NCBI RefSeq assembly: GCF_006345805.1
Contig: NC_043006.1
Location: 71,300,001 to 71,364,000, forward strand
DNA length: 64,000 nt
Reading direction: 5' to 3'
Source of the DNA: Octopus sinensis
Lineage: Eukaryota
The position numbers were made by a program, and so were the translations under genes. This document shows, in pieces, positions 38,367 to 52,478 of the stretch. Position 1 is the stretch's first letter; each line of letters starts with the position of its first letter. Under the pieces are notes generated by a model that was given only the letters and a program-made list of their open reading frames with translations, did not search any database and was not told the origin of the DNA.

Positions 38367-39847
38367 GTTCGTTGATTTCTTACAAAAGATATCTCTTCTA
38401 TAACAATATTTAAATTTCATATTTTCATCATGATTTTTGTATATATTATTATTATTATTATTATTCATTACACTTTAGCTATTTGATCATAAAACTCATC
38501 GAATATGTTTTTATAGTTTATTTCTAACAACCCTTTCTTAACATTATTATGATCCTCAATTCCAGTTAACTATTCTTGTCTATAAAGGATTTCGCTATAA
38601 TCATTTCTAATCAGCTTTTTAATACTCTGTGCCTAATGTGATTAACACTTTATCGGCTATTATTGTAAATAAGATCAAGATGTCACTGTTGCGTGTATAT
38701 GACATGAAACACCGCCACATAAAACCCCAGTGAACTACTGAGATCGATTTTAACCGCTTGTGTATTATTATTATTATTATTTCCCCAAAATATCCGGTTT
38801 GTGTCGTACATTTATGATATAAACAAAATCATATTTCTATCTTTTTGTTTGTAATTATATCATTTTACGCATTTGGTTCAAATTCTTCCAGGGTCGATAA
38901 AATAAAACCCCAGTGGTTGTTTAGCCTCGTGTCATCTCCGAATGAGCAGATTATGATCAAAGGTGTGTTCCATCCCCGTGACCATTCTGTCTTTTTTGGC
39001 GATATCTCGTGTTATATTGTCCAGTTTGCATAATTTCTTTTTGGTGTCTTTTTTTAAGGGATATATTGACAACTCCCTCGAGCGACCATGTACAGGCTCT
39101 TGCATCCCAGTGATATACTGAGATGGTGGGGTTGCAATACTAGAACTGAGTTCTATATAAACTTGACCAATGTTAAAATAAAACATGGATATTCCAGAGT
39201 TTTAAGATCCGAGAGGAAATTTTCTAAAAGGAAAATAAGTTGATCGATCCCTTTACACATGTAAAAAAGTATCCATTTTTTAAAAATAGTTTCAAAGAAA
39301 CAAAATCTGGTTGGAGGAGTGCAGCCCTGAACTGTAATTATATGAAGAAAAGACTGGATGGGCATGGCTGAAAGTCTTTTAACCGTTTAGGAAACCAAGA
39401 CAGCGTAAAGGCTGATGTTTAAAACGTTCAAACGTTACGAAATAGCTACTGAAAAGTAATTAAAAATATTAAATTCTATAAGTTAATATAGGGAGTCGAT
39501 CTTTATATTAACCATTCTATCGACATATTTGTAGCCTAAACCCTTAAATTTTCGGAACTTAAACTCCCAAGGTATCCTATCTTACTGCCTGTGATCTCTA
39601 GAGTCAACGAAGTAGCCTCTATGCGGACTCTTGACTTGCTAGAAAAATCGACCAAATCTCATTCAAATCACAGCCTAGCGTCTTTAAAAACAAGTTGGAT
39701 AATATGGTCCTAGGTTTCTTACTGATAAGGAAAAAACAGGATGGCCACTCTTTGGAATTTCTTTGATTAAAGAGGGCTACACCGTTCAGGATTGAGCCCG
39801 GACCAAACTATTATCTTTTTTTTTTTTTACACACACACACACATCTT

Positions 39848-40052
39848 AGGTGAGTTATGACACCAATAATAACACACACACAAAGAGGTTCGATTCCTCT
39901 TCTTTATTGTTAGTCAATTGGTTAGATGCCCAACCACCTGACTACTCGATTGTTTGTTTGATGTGCTGATAGTAGGTTGGGCATGTAATCAATTGATTAA
40001 CAATAAAGAAGTGGAATCGAACCAGTGTTATTATTGACGTTATGACTCACCC
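39848..40052. mobile_element. Foldback MITE with TIRs of about 75 bp in RBM45 intron 1
   Basis: 39848-39935 is the imperfect reverse complement of 39975-40052 (GGTTCGATTCC.CTTCTTTATTGTTA.TCAATTG.TTA.ATGCCCAACC). Confidence 0.8.
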
Positions 40053-41490
40053 AATGCACAACAAAATTTGCTTCAGCTCACGAATTTACTTCAAGAATCC
40101 TTCAAACCAAATACATAATCGATATATATATATAGATAGATAGATATATTGATCATATACATCATAACTCTGCCTATGTATATATATATATATATATATA
40201 TGGCTATGTGGTAAGAAGCATGCTTCTTCCCAACCATAATTTTCTGGATTCAGTCCTTCTGTGTGGCACCTTGGCCAGTGTCTTCTACTATAGCCTCAGG
40301 CTAACCAAAACCTTGTGAGACTAAGTGGTTGTAATAACCATCTAAGGGACAAGAATACCTATTCTTACTACTGGTATCAATTAAAAATGTTAACCCAGGA
40401 CATGGGTATACAGGCACACCCTAGTACCCCTATAAAAAGAGATAACCCACAAATCATTTCTCTTGATTATTTGCTAGTTTACTCTTTTCCCATTGACTTT
40501 AAGCTTCATACTGCAAAATATTATGATTCTAATATATTGAGCCTTTTGACCTCATCTTGAGGTCCTGTTCTTTCCTCTTCCCTGCTTTTATTTTATGTAT
40601 TTGTATTCACACTGATGAAGCTCCATGTACCAGATCAAATGTTCTATAAAGATGACGAATATTATTTTCGGAATTTTCTTTGTAGACTCTGACTGACATT
40701 GGCAGACGAAACGGCCATAAGCAATGTTAGGTTTTGTATTAAAAAATAATTAACCACTGTTGGTCAATTTGTTTGTTGATCAAATATTGAAATTATGTCT
40801 TCGTTAATATGTCATCTGATGAATGCCTCTCTAGCAAATTTAAGTGATGGAGAAAAATAGTTAACTTAAATATATGTAGATATGTAGACACAGCGTGGGT
40901 TTGAGCACTGTCAGAGAACCACTGGTGCCCTTTTTTTCATGAGAGAAACGCAGACCTTTTTTTAGCTAAGAGCTAACCACCATGCCTAGTGCAAGGTGAT
41001 ATTTGTCCCCACTTAAGTGTGGATGTTGTTAGAACAAACTATACTGCACCAGTTATCATGAGAGAAACCCTCATAGTATTTTCTCTCATGGTAACTACCG
41101 TTGTATACTTTGTTCTGACAGAATATACTGTCAAAATGGTGATAAATAATTAACTCTCAATATTAATACTGCCTCTGTCATTAATAAATGTTTACTATAT
41201 CTAGCAGGAATGGCTGTGTGGTAACCATATGGTTCCAGATTCAGTCCCACTGCATGGCACCTTGGGCAAGTGTCTTCTGCTAAGCCTAAGACCAACCGAA
41301 ACCTTGTGAGTGGATTTGGTAGACGGAAACTGAAAGAAGTCCATTGTGTATGTATATATATATATATATATATCACCATGATCACCGTGACTGACCTGGC
41401 TATCAGATGTTGCTACACATTGCTGGTCACAATGCGCTTTGCATTGTTTTAGCCTTCAAATGACGCCACCCCGCTGGCTAAGCGAGCAGG

Positions 41491-41528
<38 letters not shown>

Positions 41529-41550
41529 TATATATATATATATATATATA

Positions 41551-41777
41551 TTGGGTTGTGCATAATTATTGCAGCTTTTTTCAACAAATTTTATTCAACA
41601 AAAACAATAACAATATGTAACAAAAACATCTTTAAATGACTATTCCGGTTCATATTCACCATCTACTTCAATTACTGGTTCCCCTCTGCTTGGCAGATGG
41701 TCAGACCATCATTTAAGATGTTTTTGTTGAATAAAATTTGTTGAAAAAAGCTGCAAAATAATTATGCACCAACCCAA
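41551..41777. mobile_element. Mariner-derived MITE, TIRs of about 60 bp, TA TSD
   Basis: TA|TTGGGTTG(G)TGCATAATTATT...GCAGCTTTTTTCAACAAATTTTATTCAACAAAAACA at both ends in inverted orientation. Confidence 0.85.
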
Positions 41778-44700
41778 TATATATATATATGTTTGTGACC
41801 CCCCCCCCCACTGTTGCTTCACAACTGATGTTGTTGTGTTTACGTCCCTGTAACTTAGCAGTTTGGCAAAAGAGATCTGATAGAATAAGTACTAGGCTTA
41901 TAAAGAATAAGTCCTGGGGTTGATTTGTTCGACTAAAGGTGGTGCTCCAGCATGGCCACAGAGAAATGACTGAAACAGATGAAAGAATATCTAGCATTCA
42001 TTGAGTGGGGGAAATTCTTTGACAGAGTAGGAAGCTCTGGTCTGGTGATTGCTAAGAATATTATGCAGAGGCTTACGAGAGCTGGACAAGTTGTGTGCAG
42101 ATATGCTGTCAGCAGGGTGAGTGAGAATTCAGTGTGTAGGAGAATATTTATCAAGGCTCAGCTTTCAGTCCCTTCCTGTTTATTGTAGTTCTAGTCCATA
42201 ACCAGAGAAGTTTGGAACCAGCTGTTAACCCACTTTTCATATTGTGAACAGTTAAAGAATTAGTAGAAAGTTTTTGTGGACTTGGGGCCTAGGTCAACAA
42301 ATAAGAACTGGCTTTTACTGTGATAACTTGTCCAACCTATGCCTGCATCAAAAACAGATAAAATGATGATGGTGGCAATGGAAGTGTTTTATTTTTATTC
42401 AACAAAAATTAAGACTGTAGCTAGAATAAGTTCACAGACAATATTTAGGGCAGTGAGTTGGCAAAAATGTTAGCATGCAGGGCGAAATGCTTAGCAGTAT
42501 TTCGTCTGTATGTTCTGAATTGAAATTCCACCGAGGTCAACTATGGCTTTCATCCTTTTGGGATTGATAAATTAAGTACCAGTTGCATACTGGAGTCAAT
42601 CTAATCAACTGGCCCTCTACCCCGAAATTTCGGGCCTTGTGCCTAGAGTAGAAAAGAATATTGGCAGCAAAGTGTTACAAATAGATCTAAACTCTAATAA
42701 CTCTACAGTAGTGATTCTCAACCAGAGTCCATATAAGATGGGGGGGGGGGGGCATGCATACACAACAGTAAATTGGGGATCAATTGTGGTATTTTAAGGG
42801 CCCATGAAAAGATTTTGTACTAGATGTATTTATACATGACAGAAACAGCTAGGTTTCTTTCTTTAATGTTTTACATAGTTCATAGGTGGTGGTGGGGGTT
42901 CTGAAATGGGTCCCAGAGAGTAGCGTCCTTGCCTTCCTGAGCTAGTTTTCCACCACATTTCTTAAAAATCGTGGTAGAGGTCTTGGTCTCGGGACCACTC
43001 ATGTCTAGAAACTGGGGTTGGGGGTAAGCAAGGGCATGCTCCCCGTAGAAAATCCAGCTCCAAAAAAGCCTCATGATAGCAAGGGAGAATAGGCACCAGC
43101 CAGCTCAAAGGTTGGGGTGGGCTGCACCTGCCTGTCTCAGTTGATATGGCATTGAGGTAAATCAGCCCCCCCCCCCCTTAACAGGGACAAAACCCGGATT
43201 TAAAACACTGGATGATGATGATCATGTTTCCTGCCACTGAAACGTGTTCTCTCAGAGAGTGATATTGGAATTCTACACAAGTGAACATGTGAAAAAAATG
43301 GGAATTTGGAAAGAAGTATCTATAAAACTAGCTTTTAAACATAGAATGGCTATGAGAGTCCACCAAAATAGAATTTTTTCTACTCTAGGCACAAGGCCCG
43401 AAATTTTGGGTGAGTGAAGAGCAGTCGATTAGATTCACCCCAGTATGCAACTGGTACTTAATTTATCGACCCTGAAAGGATGAAAGGCAAAGTCGACCTC
43501 GGCAGAATTTGAACTCAGAATGTAAAGACAGACAAAATACTACTAAACATTTCACCCAGTGTGCTAATGTTTTTGCTAGTTTGCCGCCTTTCCACCAAAA
43601 TAGAATAGTAATCAAAGGGTCCAGCATGGGAGACAGACATTAAATGATGGTGATTTTGGTTTGGTTAATTAAACTAACTTCAAAACTTTCCTGAATATAT
43701 CATGTTATTGTTGTAAATGTCATTCATCTCCAGTGTTCTCTGAGAACATGTTTGGTCATGGGAAATATTTATCTTACTTAGAAACAAGTTGGAATTGACA
43801 ACAGCAAGGGCATCCAGCCATGAAATATCTGCCTCAGTGAATTCCATCTGACTCATGCAAGCATGGAAAAGTGTACATTAAAATGATGATAAAAAATGAT
43901 TGTGGAAGAAAAGAACTGGGTACAATATATTATTAGATATGTTTGAATTGATCTCAAAACTTGACAGGATTTTATTTTTTCAATCCTGGAAGGGTGGTGT
44001 GTAAAGTCAGCTTTGGTGGGATTTGAACTCACAATGTAAAGGCAACTAACTAAATACTGCAAGGCATTTTCCTTTGACACTCTGCTTTCCACGTCCCTGA
44101 TGATGATTTTGGTAGTGGGGAAGGTTTAATCAATTTTATCAAGCCCTAGAAGGATGAAAAGCAAAGTGAGACCTCTACAGAATTTGAACTTGAAACATAA
44201 CGTGACATCATTAAATAACACAAGGTACTTTCTTAGGCAATCTACTGATTTTTCCATCCACCATTACTCTGGTGATGATCACTCTCTTCATTGTCATGTC
44301 TACATTTCTGATATGATGTACAACTTGTCACTGTTATATCTGAACTGTTATAACCTCAAATGTTCCTGATGTTCTCTTATTACTTTCCAACCATGTATCT
44401 TCAACAAGCACTCAACAATAATTTCTACAACCTGTACATTATGACTGTGCATATGACACTCTTCTCAGACTGTTCTGCGCATGCTCATTTATACTAACTT
44501 AGTATAGTTCACTTAGCCAATCATAGGGATGTACAGGTTCCCCATACAACAGTTTCCATTGCTGGTTTGGGTTAGGAGTCACTAGCATAGTTAGAGTGTG
44601 TGCCGCCCAGGGTGGCCCTTCCATTTGCTGTCCCTGGACCCCACAAAAATATACATATTGCCTACAGTAGACCCAAAAGTGTTGTTCGGGGAGGACTGCC

Positions 44701-46041
44701 CCTACCGACCTCCCCAGCTACACTAGTGTTGTGAGTGTTTCCACACTTACACTCCTTTGTCATCTGATCCAAGTAGCAAAAAAAGAAACCACCCATATTG
44801 GATGTGTCATATTTGTGGCTGCTTACAATATCATCATTTAGCACATTTCTATGCTTGCATGGGTCAGACAAAATTTGACGAGGCAGCTTTTTTACATGGA
44901 AAAAAGGGGTCATTACATGCTCCTCAACTCTAGAACCCCTGAACTGGAGCCTCACCACTGGATGCTTTTTAATATCATATCCAAGATGTACATGTATATA
45001 CACACATCAGACATTTACCCAAGGTGCCACTCTGTGGAACTGAACCCAAGACCACATGTTTGGAAGGCAACCTCCTTAACCACACAACTATGCTTGCACC
45101 TCTCATAATAATGTTTTATAAAGCTATGACATTTAATATGAATCAGTTAAGCCATTTGGTTTTCATAAGAATATGTATAGGATGTGAATTCTAATGTAAA
45201 TAAACATATTTATTTTACAATCAGTTTTTTTAATCTGAAAGAAAAACAAACATTTGGGTGTTAACTCCTATGAGAAAAACAGACAACGATCACCACCATC
45301 ACTATCAACCATGTAGCCATGTGCAATTCAAGTATATTTACAAAAATCTACCATACATATCTGATATCTTTCTATACACCACTCCCATAATGCCCTTGCC
45401 TGTTTGTCTTTTGTATAGCAAAACATAAGCAAAGCAAAATAGCCAAGTTTCTATCCACAGCAACAATCTTAAACTTTTCAACCAGTCAGCATCTCAAGTA
45501 CACTATAAGCACACCAGTGTACCCTCACTGTGTACCCTATATGTGACTGCTACAACCATTGCGGGCCACAATCATATACCCTCTCTAAAATATACTATAA
45601 ACCCCACTAATATGCTGTCTCTGTAGCACACAGTAATCTTGACTAATATACCTTCAGTGTGGTATTCTGTAAACTGCACTAATGTACCTTCTATAAATGT
45701 ATGCAGTGTAGATGTAGGCATGGCTGTGGAGTAAGAAGTTTGCTACCCAACCACATGGTTGCAGGTTCGGTCCCACTGCAAGGCATTTTGGCCTGGTGTC
45801 ATTTACTGTAGCCCTAGATTGACCAAAACCTTGAGGTGTTTGTTTGATGGAAACTGAAAGAAGCCCATCACACATAAATATATGTGTGTATATATATTAT
45901 ACACACAGATTATCTCTCTCTCTCCTCTCTATTTATTCATTATCATCATCATATACTTTCAATGCTATTATTTGTTATTAGAATTGCTTCAAGCTGTTTA
46001 TGGCAAATTTCCTTATTTCACATTGTCCCCTTGTCATCTTG

Positions 46042-46076
<35 letters not shown>

Positions 46077-46189
46077 CACATAAAAAAACTTTGTATAATG
46101 TTTCCCATCCATTGCCCTTATGATATTAAGTTTTCAATCTTGCTATAATGAGAGAAACAGTAGAACATGTAATGAAATGTCTTGTGGAG

Positions 46190-47520
46190 TTCAATTACAT
46201 CCCACGGCGCATTGAGTTAAATTTCCATTGAATTTGATTTTATTTATTTTAATCTTCCAAGGTCAACTATAAGTCTTTAATCCTGTCTCCTTCTAAAATT
46301 TCTGACCTTGTACCGAAATTTGAAACCAGTATTATTGAAATCATCATCATCATCATTGTTGTGAAGGCATTGAGCTGTGAGAATCATTAATGTTTTAAAC
46401 AGAATGCTTAGTAGCATTTCTTCCAGCTGTTTACGTTGTGAGTTCAAATATTGCTGAGGTTAACTTTGTCTGCCATCCTTTTGGAATCGATCAAGTAAGT
46501 ACCAGTTGAGTACCAATGTTGATGTAATAGACTAGTCCCCTCTCCCCAAAATTTCAGGTCTTGTGTCTATAGTAGAAAGGATCATCATCAGCATCATCAC
46601 TATCATTATTATGAAGTCATTGAAGGTGTCAAGCTAGCAAAATCGTTAGCATGCCAGGCGGCAAGTTGAGAGAAACGTTAGCACACCAGATGAAATGCTT
46701 AGCAATATTTCGTCTGCCGTTATGTTCTGAGTTCAAATTCCACTGAGGTCGACTTTGCCTTTCATCCTTTCAGGGTTGCTAAATTAAGTACCAGTTATGC
46801 ACTGGGTCGATGTAATCGACTTAATCCCTTTGTCTGTCCTTGTTTGTCCCCTCTATGTTTAGCCTTTTGTGGACAATAAAGAAATAAGAATCGTTAGCAT
46901 GCCGGGCAAAATGCTTAGCGGTATTTTGTCCGTCTTTACATTCTGAGTTCAAATTATGTCAAGGCTGACTTTGCTTTTCATCCTTTTAGAGTTGATAAAA
47001 TAAGTACCAGTTTAGTACTTACTTCAATGTAATCGACTAGTCTCCTCCCCCCAAAATTTCAGGCATTGTGCCTATAGTTGAAAGGATTTTTATGAAGCTG
47101 GTGAAAATCATTAATAAATTGAAAAGAATGCTAAGAAACATTTCTTCCAGTTCTTTACATTCTGAGTTCAAATACCTCCAGGGCTGACTTTGCGTTTCAT
47201 CCTTTTAGGGTCGATAAAATAAAGTATCAGTTGAACATCAGGGTCACTGTAACTAATTCAACTCCAACTCCTTAAAATTACTGACCTTGTGCCAAAATTT
47301 GAAACCATTGATAAGACGGTGAGCTAAATTGTTAGCGTGCCATTCAAAATGCTTTGTGGCATTTCATCCATCTTCACGTTCTTAGTTCAAATACCGCCAA
47401 GGTCAGCTTTGCCTTTCATTCTTTTGGGGTTGATAAAATAAGTACCAGCTGAATATGGAGGTTCATGTGATAAACTAGCCTCCTTCCCATAAAATTTCAG
47501 GCCTTGTGCCTATAATAGAA
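46190..47520 (+). repeat. Head-to-tail cluster of about six copies of one SINE family
   Basis: Repeated GTTCTGAGTTCAAAT...GCCTTTCATCCTTT...AAGTACCAG units start near 46190, 46361, 46660, 46889, 47092 and 47311. Another lies at about 48570. Dispersed copies at about 29975, 30455, 35728, 42446, 43372 (-) and 55735 (-). Confidence 0.85.
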
Positions 47521-47523
47521 ATT

Positions 47524-47558
<35 letters not shown>

Positions 47559-47559
47559 T

Positions 47560-48525
47560 GAGTGAGAGAGCAGTTCATGCCATCAAAGTGACACTGGGGT
47601 AAAATATATGAAGCCCAATATACCCATCATGACTACCCGTCTGATAAGGGTACACCAGGCACATGCATCACAACCATATGTGCGCGACATGGTGATCTCA
47701 TATCAAGATAAACAGCACATAACCTTGCAGGTGGGGCCCAGTTAGAATTTTCTTCAGGTTGAGTAGCCCATCCCGCTCAAAAGGTTCCTGAATAAGGGTT
47801 GTTTAAGGATGTTGAAAGAACCACCCATGTTTCCAGAGGTGAATTATTCAAACCCCAAAGAATCCCTCTCAACACATGGCTATGATACTCCCCCACTACT
47901 TCTGCTCGTGATCAGAGATGCACATATCGTCAGCCACTAAGGGACATGCTCAACTGGTTTTATTATTATTATTATTATTATCATCATTGCCATCGAAGTC
48001 ACACTGGGGTAAAATATACGAAGCCCAGTATACCCATCATGACTACCCATCTGATAAGGGTACACCAAGCACATGCATCAGAACCATATGTGCATGATTT
48101 AGTGATCTCATATCAAGATAAATAGCACATGACCTTGCAGGTGGGGCCCAGTTAGAATTTTCTGCAGGTTGAGTAGCCCATCTTGCTCAAAAGGTCCCTG
48201 AATAAGGGTTGTTTAAGGATGATGAACAAAACACCCATGTTTCCAGAGGTGAATTATTCAAACCCCAAAGAATCCCTCTCAACACATGTCTATGATGCTC
48301 CTCCCCAACTACTTCTGCTTATGATCAGAGATGCACATATCGTCAGCCACCAAGGGACATGCTCAGCTGGTTAAAGTCAAGCAACTGGCAAGCAAATCTG
48401 TGGTATTGAACAGAATATTTGCTGTAGCCCATCTTTTATACCAAGGCAAAACACATACATGATATCACTTCCAATCAGTTACAATCAGAAGCCATAAGAG
48501 CCACTGCCTGGTACTGCATCAGAGC

Positions 48526-48530
<5 letters not shown>
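47560..48530 (-). repeat. Two tandem copies of a retroposon-like repeat of about 400 bp with (TAA)n tails
   Basis: 47580-47960 and 47990-48372 align closely. Each is bounded by (TTA)n, and the second extends about 150 bp further. Confidence 0.75.
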
Positions 48531-48567
<37 letters not shown>

Positions 48568-51500
48568 TATTGAAGCTGTGTGGCTGTAGTTGCAGAATTA
48601 GTAGAGCGTGGGATGAAATGCTTTCTAGTATTTAGTTACACCCTGTGCAACCCTTTAAGTTTAATTCCTGTCGAGTTCAACTTGACTTTTTATACAATCT
48701 TCCAAGATTGAGAAAATAAGTACTACAGTCAGCTATAATTGACTGCTCCCACCGCCCGCCCAAATAATTTGTGGCCTTGTACCAATGTTAGAAACTACTA
48801 CTACTACTGCATTTTTATATATTTACTTTTTTAAATAGTTGTTTGTTTATTAAATATCCACCTATTCCAGCCAATAAAAACATAACCCATAGTAACCGGA
48901 GTTGTATGCTTTACTTCGTATTAATCTAGGTTAACTTATAATGTTAACCACTCCCATTATATGAAGATAACAGGTTTGTCCTCACTCAGTAATGCCATTT
49001 GCTCTTGCTCTCCAGGCTTTCTCTCTGCTGTATTTAGGTTTTGTCTGGTAAAAATACATTACTAAAAACTAAGGTTTGGGATTTGTTTATGCAACATTCC
49101 CCTTCTCCTAGGGCCTTCCATTAGACATTGACAAGTTGCAACGACTGTCATTGCTAAAAAACACTTAGTCTTTTCTTTCTCTTATTTACAATATCCGATT
49201 TACATATGGCGCCATAGAACCTATGATTTAAATACATATATGCATATATATATATAATAGTCAGACAGTATTTCTTTCCTTAACCACCACTGGAACTAAT
49301 ATCAAAAGCATGACTTCCTGATTAGATCCATCTGTTTTCTCACTGGAAAACCTTTTTTTCCCCAGTTTACTCCTATTTATATAAAACCAAATTACTCCCA
49401 ATGCAAAACTGTGTTGTTATTCAAAACACAAATGCTGCACAGTATTAATACAACTCAGCACTTACTGTATAGTGTTGTTATACACTTAATCTTAGTGAGG
49501 TGGGGGTGGGGGTGAAATTGTTCTGTTAGCTCCAGATTTTGAATGTGTGCCTTAGTCTTTCAGAGTCAAGCTCAAAGGTGAACTCGGAACAAGTTTATGA
49601 TTTTGGTCTTGACATTGTACATTGTTAAGAACCCAAGTTTACACTCATACATAGGTTCTTCTTTTAATGTCATCACTCATTGGACTGCAGCCACCTTGAA
49701 GAGTTTAGTCAAATAAATCAACACTAGTACTCATTGATTTTAAGTCTAGTACTTATTCTCTTGGTCTCTTTTGCCAAACTGTCAAGTTATAAAGATGTAA
49801 AAAAACAAAAAAAAGCAACACCAGTTGTGGAGTTGGTAAGGATACAGGCACAAAAGACATGTTGGTGATGTGTAAAAGACACCCATGCCAGTGACACATA
49901 AAAGGCACCCACTACACTCTTGGAGTGGTTGGCATTAGGAAGGGCATCCAGCCATAGAAACCAAACCAGATCAGACTGGAACTGGTGCAGTTCTCCAGCT
50001 TACCAGTTCCAGTCAAATTGTCTAACTCATGCCATCATGGAAAATGGATGCTAAATGATGGTGTTGCTGTTGTTTGTATTCCATGTCTGCAATAATTTTT
50101 CCTAGCTTTTTCCACTGTGATCTAGGTCGATTAGGTTGAGAGGATATCAACGATATCTTGTGTATTGTGGATTTTTACTTCAAGTAGAAGGTTAATCCAA
50201 GTACTTCACCTTCAGCTAACCATCAATAAAATAATGAGCAGGTGTGGCTGTGTGGTAAGAAGCTTGCTTCGCAACTGCAAGGTTCCAGGTTCAGTCCCAC
50301 TGTGTGGCACCTTGGCCAAGTGTCTTCTATAACCTCAGGTCGACCAAAGCCTTGTGAGTGATACTCAGACTAAGTTAAACTAAGTTAACCCAACCTGAGG
50401 TAATGGTCTCAGTTTTTAAAAATGGCTCAGTGCTAGCTGCACACTCCTTTTTACAGATCCCCAATTTACTATTGTTTCTTTGTATTTCTGGTTCAGTGTA
50501 GAATGGAGTGCAAATGTGAACAGAAAAACTAGTGTGGGTCATAAGGTTTTTTCCCTTTATTTCTCCCTTAGATGCTCACCCTTTCAACTCATGGGATGGG
50601 TGTTGGGGTGAGGCTGTGTGTATGCAGGGCTGCATCACTGATATTAGTTTAACCAGATACAGTTTTTACCCCAGTTGAGATAATTATTTCAGGGTTATGC
50701 CCAAAAGGGTGTATAACTTCTGTATTGTTTTAGACTACCATTAGTAAACCCCTACTGGTATACACAAGCACTGCTACAATAATCATGGCTAGAATTATTG
50801 GTGGGGATCAATAAATAAATAAATAAAAATTCCAACTGATTTGAATCATTAAATTACAGCCATGCTGGAGCACTGTCTTCAGCGGTATACTTAATTATAC
50901 TGACTGCAGGACTTAATACTATTTTGGAGGGATGAAAAGTGAAGTTGGCTTAAGTAGGATTTGACCTCAGAACGTAAATGCCTGTAACCAAATACATAGT
51001 TTTTCTATCTGGTGTTCAACTAATTCTGCTATTCAGCATCCTATTCTTAGACACAAACACAAGCTCACTTAATATATATCATCATCATCATTATCATAAT
51101 CATTTGATAGCCATTTTCCATGCTGGCATGGATTGGACAGTTTGATCAGAGCCGGTAAGCTGGAGAGCTGGACCAGGATCCAGTCTGTTTTGGCTTGGCT
51201 TCTATAGCTGGACACCCTTCCTAACACCATCCACTTTACATTGCATGCTGGATGCTTTTTACGTGGCATCAGCTCAGGTGCCTGTTATGTGGCACCGACA
51301 CAGGAGCTCCTTACATGGCACTGGCACTAGCATGGGTAATTTTTACATGGCACCAGTAGGAGAGCTTTTTTACGTGGTATACACACACACACACACACAC
51401 CAAATAATTATTAGAGGTTTGTATATTACATGGTAATAGGCTACAAAATACACGCACACACATGGTAGGCCTTGTACAGTTTTAGTCAGTAGGAAATCTT

Positions 51501-51625
51501 TACCCAAGTTGCTGCGCAGTAGGACCAAACCTGAAGCCATACTTGTCTCTCACCCACCCCCAAACACACTTTCTTATTCTCTCTTTCCTTGTTCTTCTAT
51601 GAAATATTTTCATATTATATTTCAG

Positions 51626-51723
51626 GTGTTGTCTACATCAAGTTTAACAAGACATCTGCTGCTTTCCTAGCAATGGAAGAGATGAATGGCAAATGTATCC
51701 CTGGTCATCCCAAACTCCTCAAG
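51626..51723 (+). CDS. RBM45: RBM45 coding exon 2 (GVVYIKFNKTSAAFLAMEEMNGKCIPGHPKLLK)
   Basis: TTTCAG acceptor and AAG|GTCAGT donor. The 98 nt keep frame from phase 1 to phase 0. It completes RNP1 (KGVVYIKF) and carries the AMEEM.G motif. Confidence 0.93.
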
Positions 51724-51955
51724 GTCAGTGAATTAACCACACTTCTGTCTTGTGCTCCCTCCCCTCTCTCCCTTATATTACCCAACTCGCGCTTTATTTT
51801 TCTAGCTTGTTGTTGTGTCACCTCATGACCAAGACTGACTTTGAAGTGTTTGTTATCCTTCTTTTTGAAAAAGTATAAATATGTACCCTACAAAAAACTA
51901 TTAAATAATTCTTCAGTTTAATGTTACGTGGTTTTTATTATAACTCAATATAAAA

Positions 51956-52016
<61 letters not shown>

Positions 52017-52127
52017 CATATATACACACATACATACATATATATATATATGTGTTTTTATACTGAGTTATATATATATATATATATACACACGCACATA
52101 CATACATATATATGTACGTACCTACAG

Positions 52128-52164
<37 letters not shown>

Positions 52165-52310
52165 ATAAATATTAGGGAATAAATCCAATTTTATAGTAAA
52201 ATATAATATAATATTAATTAGAGACAAAACCACTATTATGCAAATCAAACAAAGAAAAACTTAATCCAATACATAAAAAATTTTATATAAATTAAATATA
52301 ATTAAGATAT

Positions 52311-52356
52311 CCACTACGATCGTTTCTTGTCACTTCTATGGACATTCATCAGGTGG
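52311..52356 (-). ncRNA. Inverted copy of the same hammerhead motif (left arm of palindrome)
   Basis: Exact reverse complement of 52479-52524. Confidence 0.7.
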
Positions 52357-52478
52357 TTTCAAGACCTTCTATGCAATTTTGAACTTCATAGTTCAAAATG
52401 GACATTCATCAGGTGGTTTCAAGACTTTCTATGCAATTTTGAACTTCATAGTTCAAAATTGCATAGAAGGTCTTGAAA

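Noticed and set aside
44560-44760. Helitron 3' end (GGGGAGG/CCTCCCC hairpin followed by CTAG-T)
   Set aside because: No matching 5' TC end or second copy was found in the window. Similar GC-rich motifs occur in subterminal regions of other DNA transposons.
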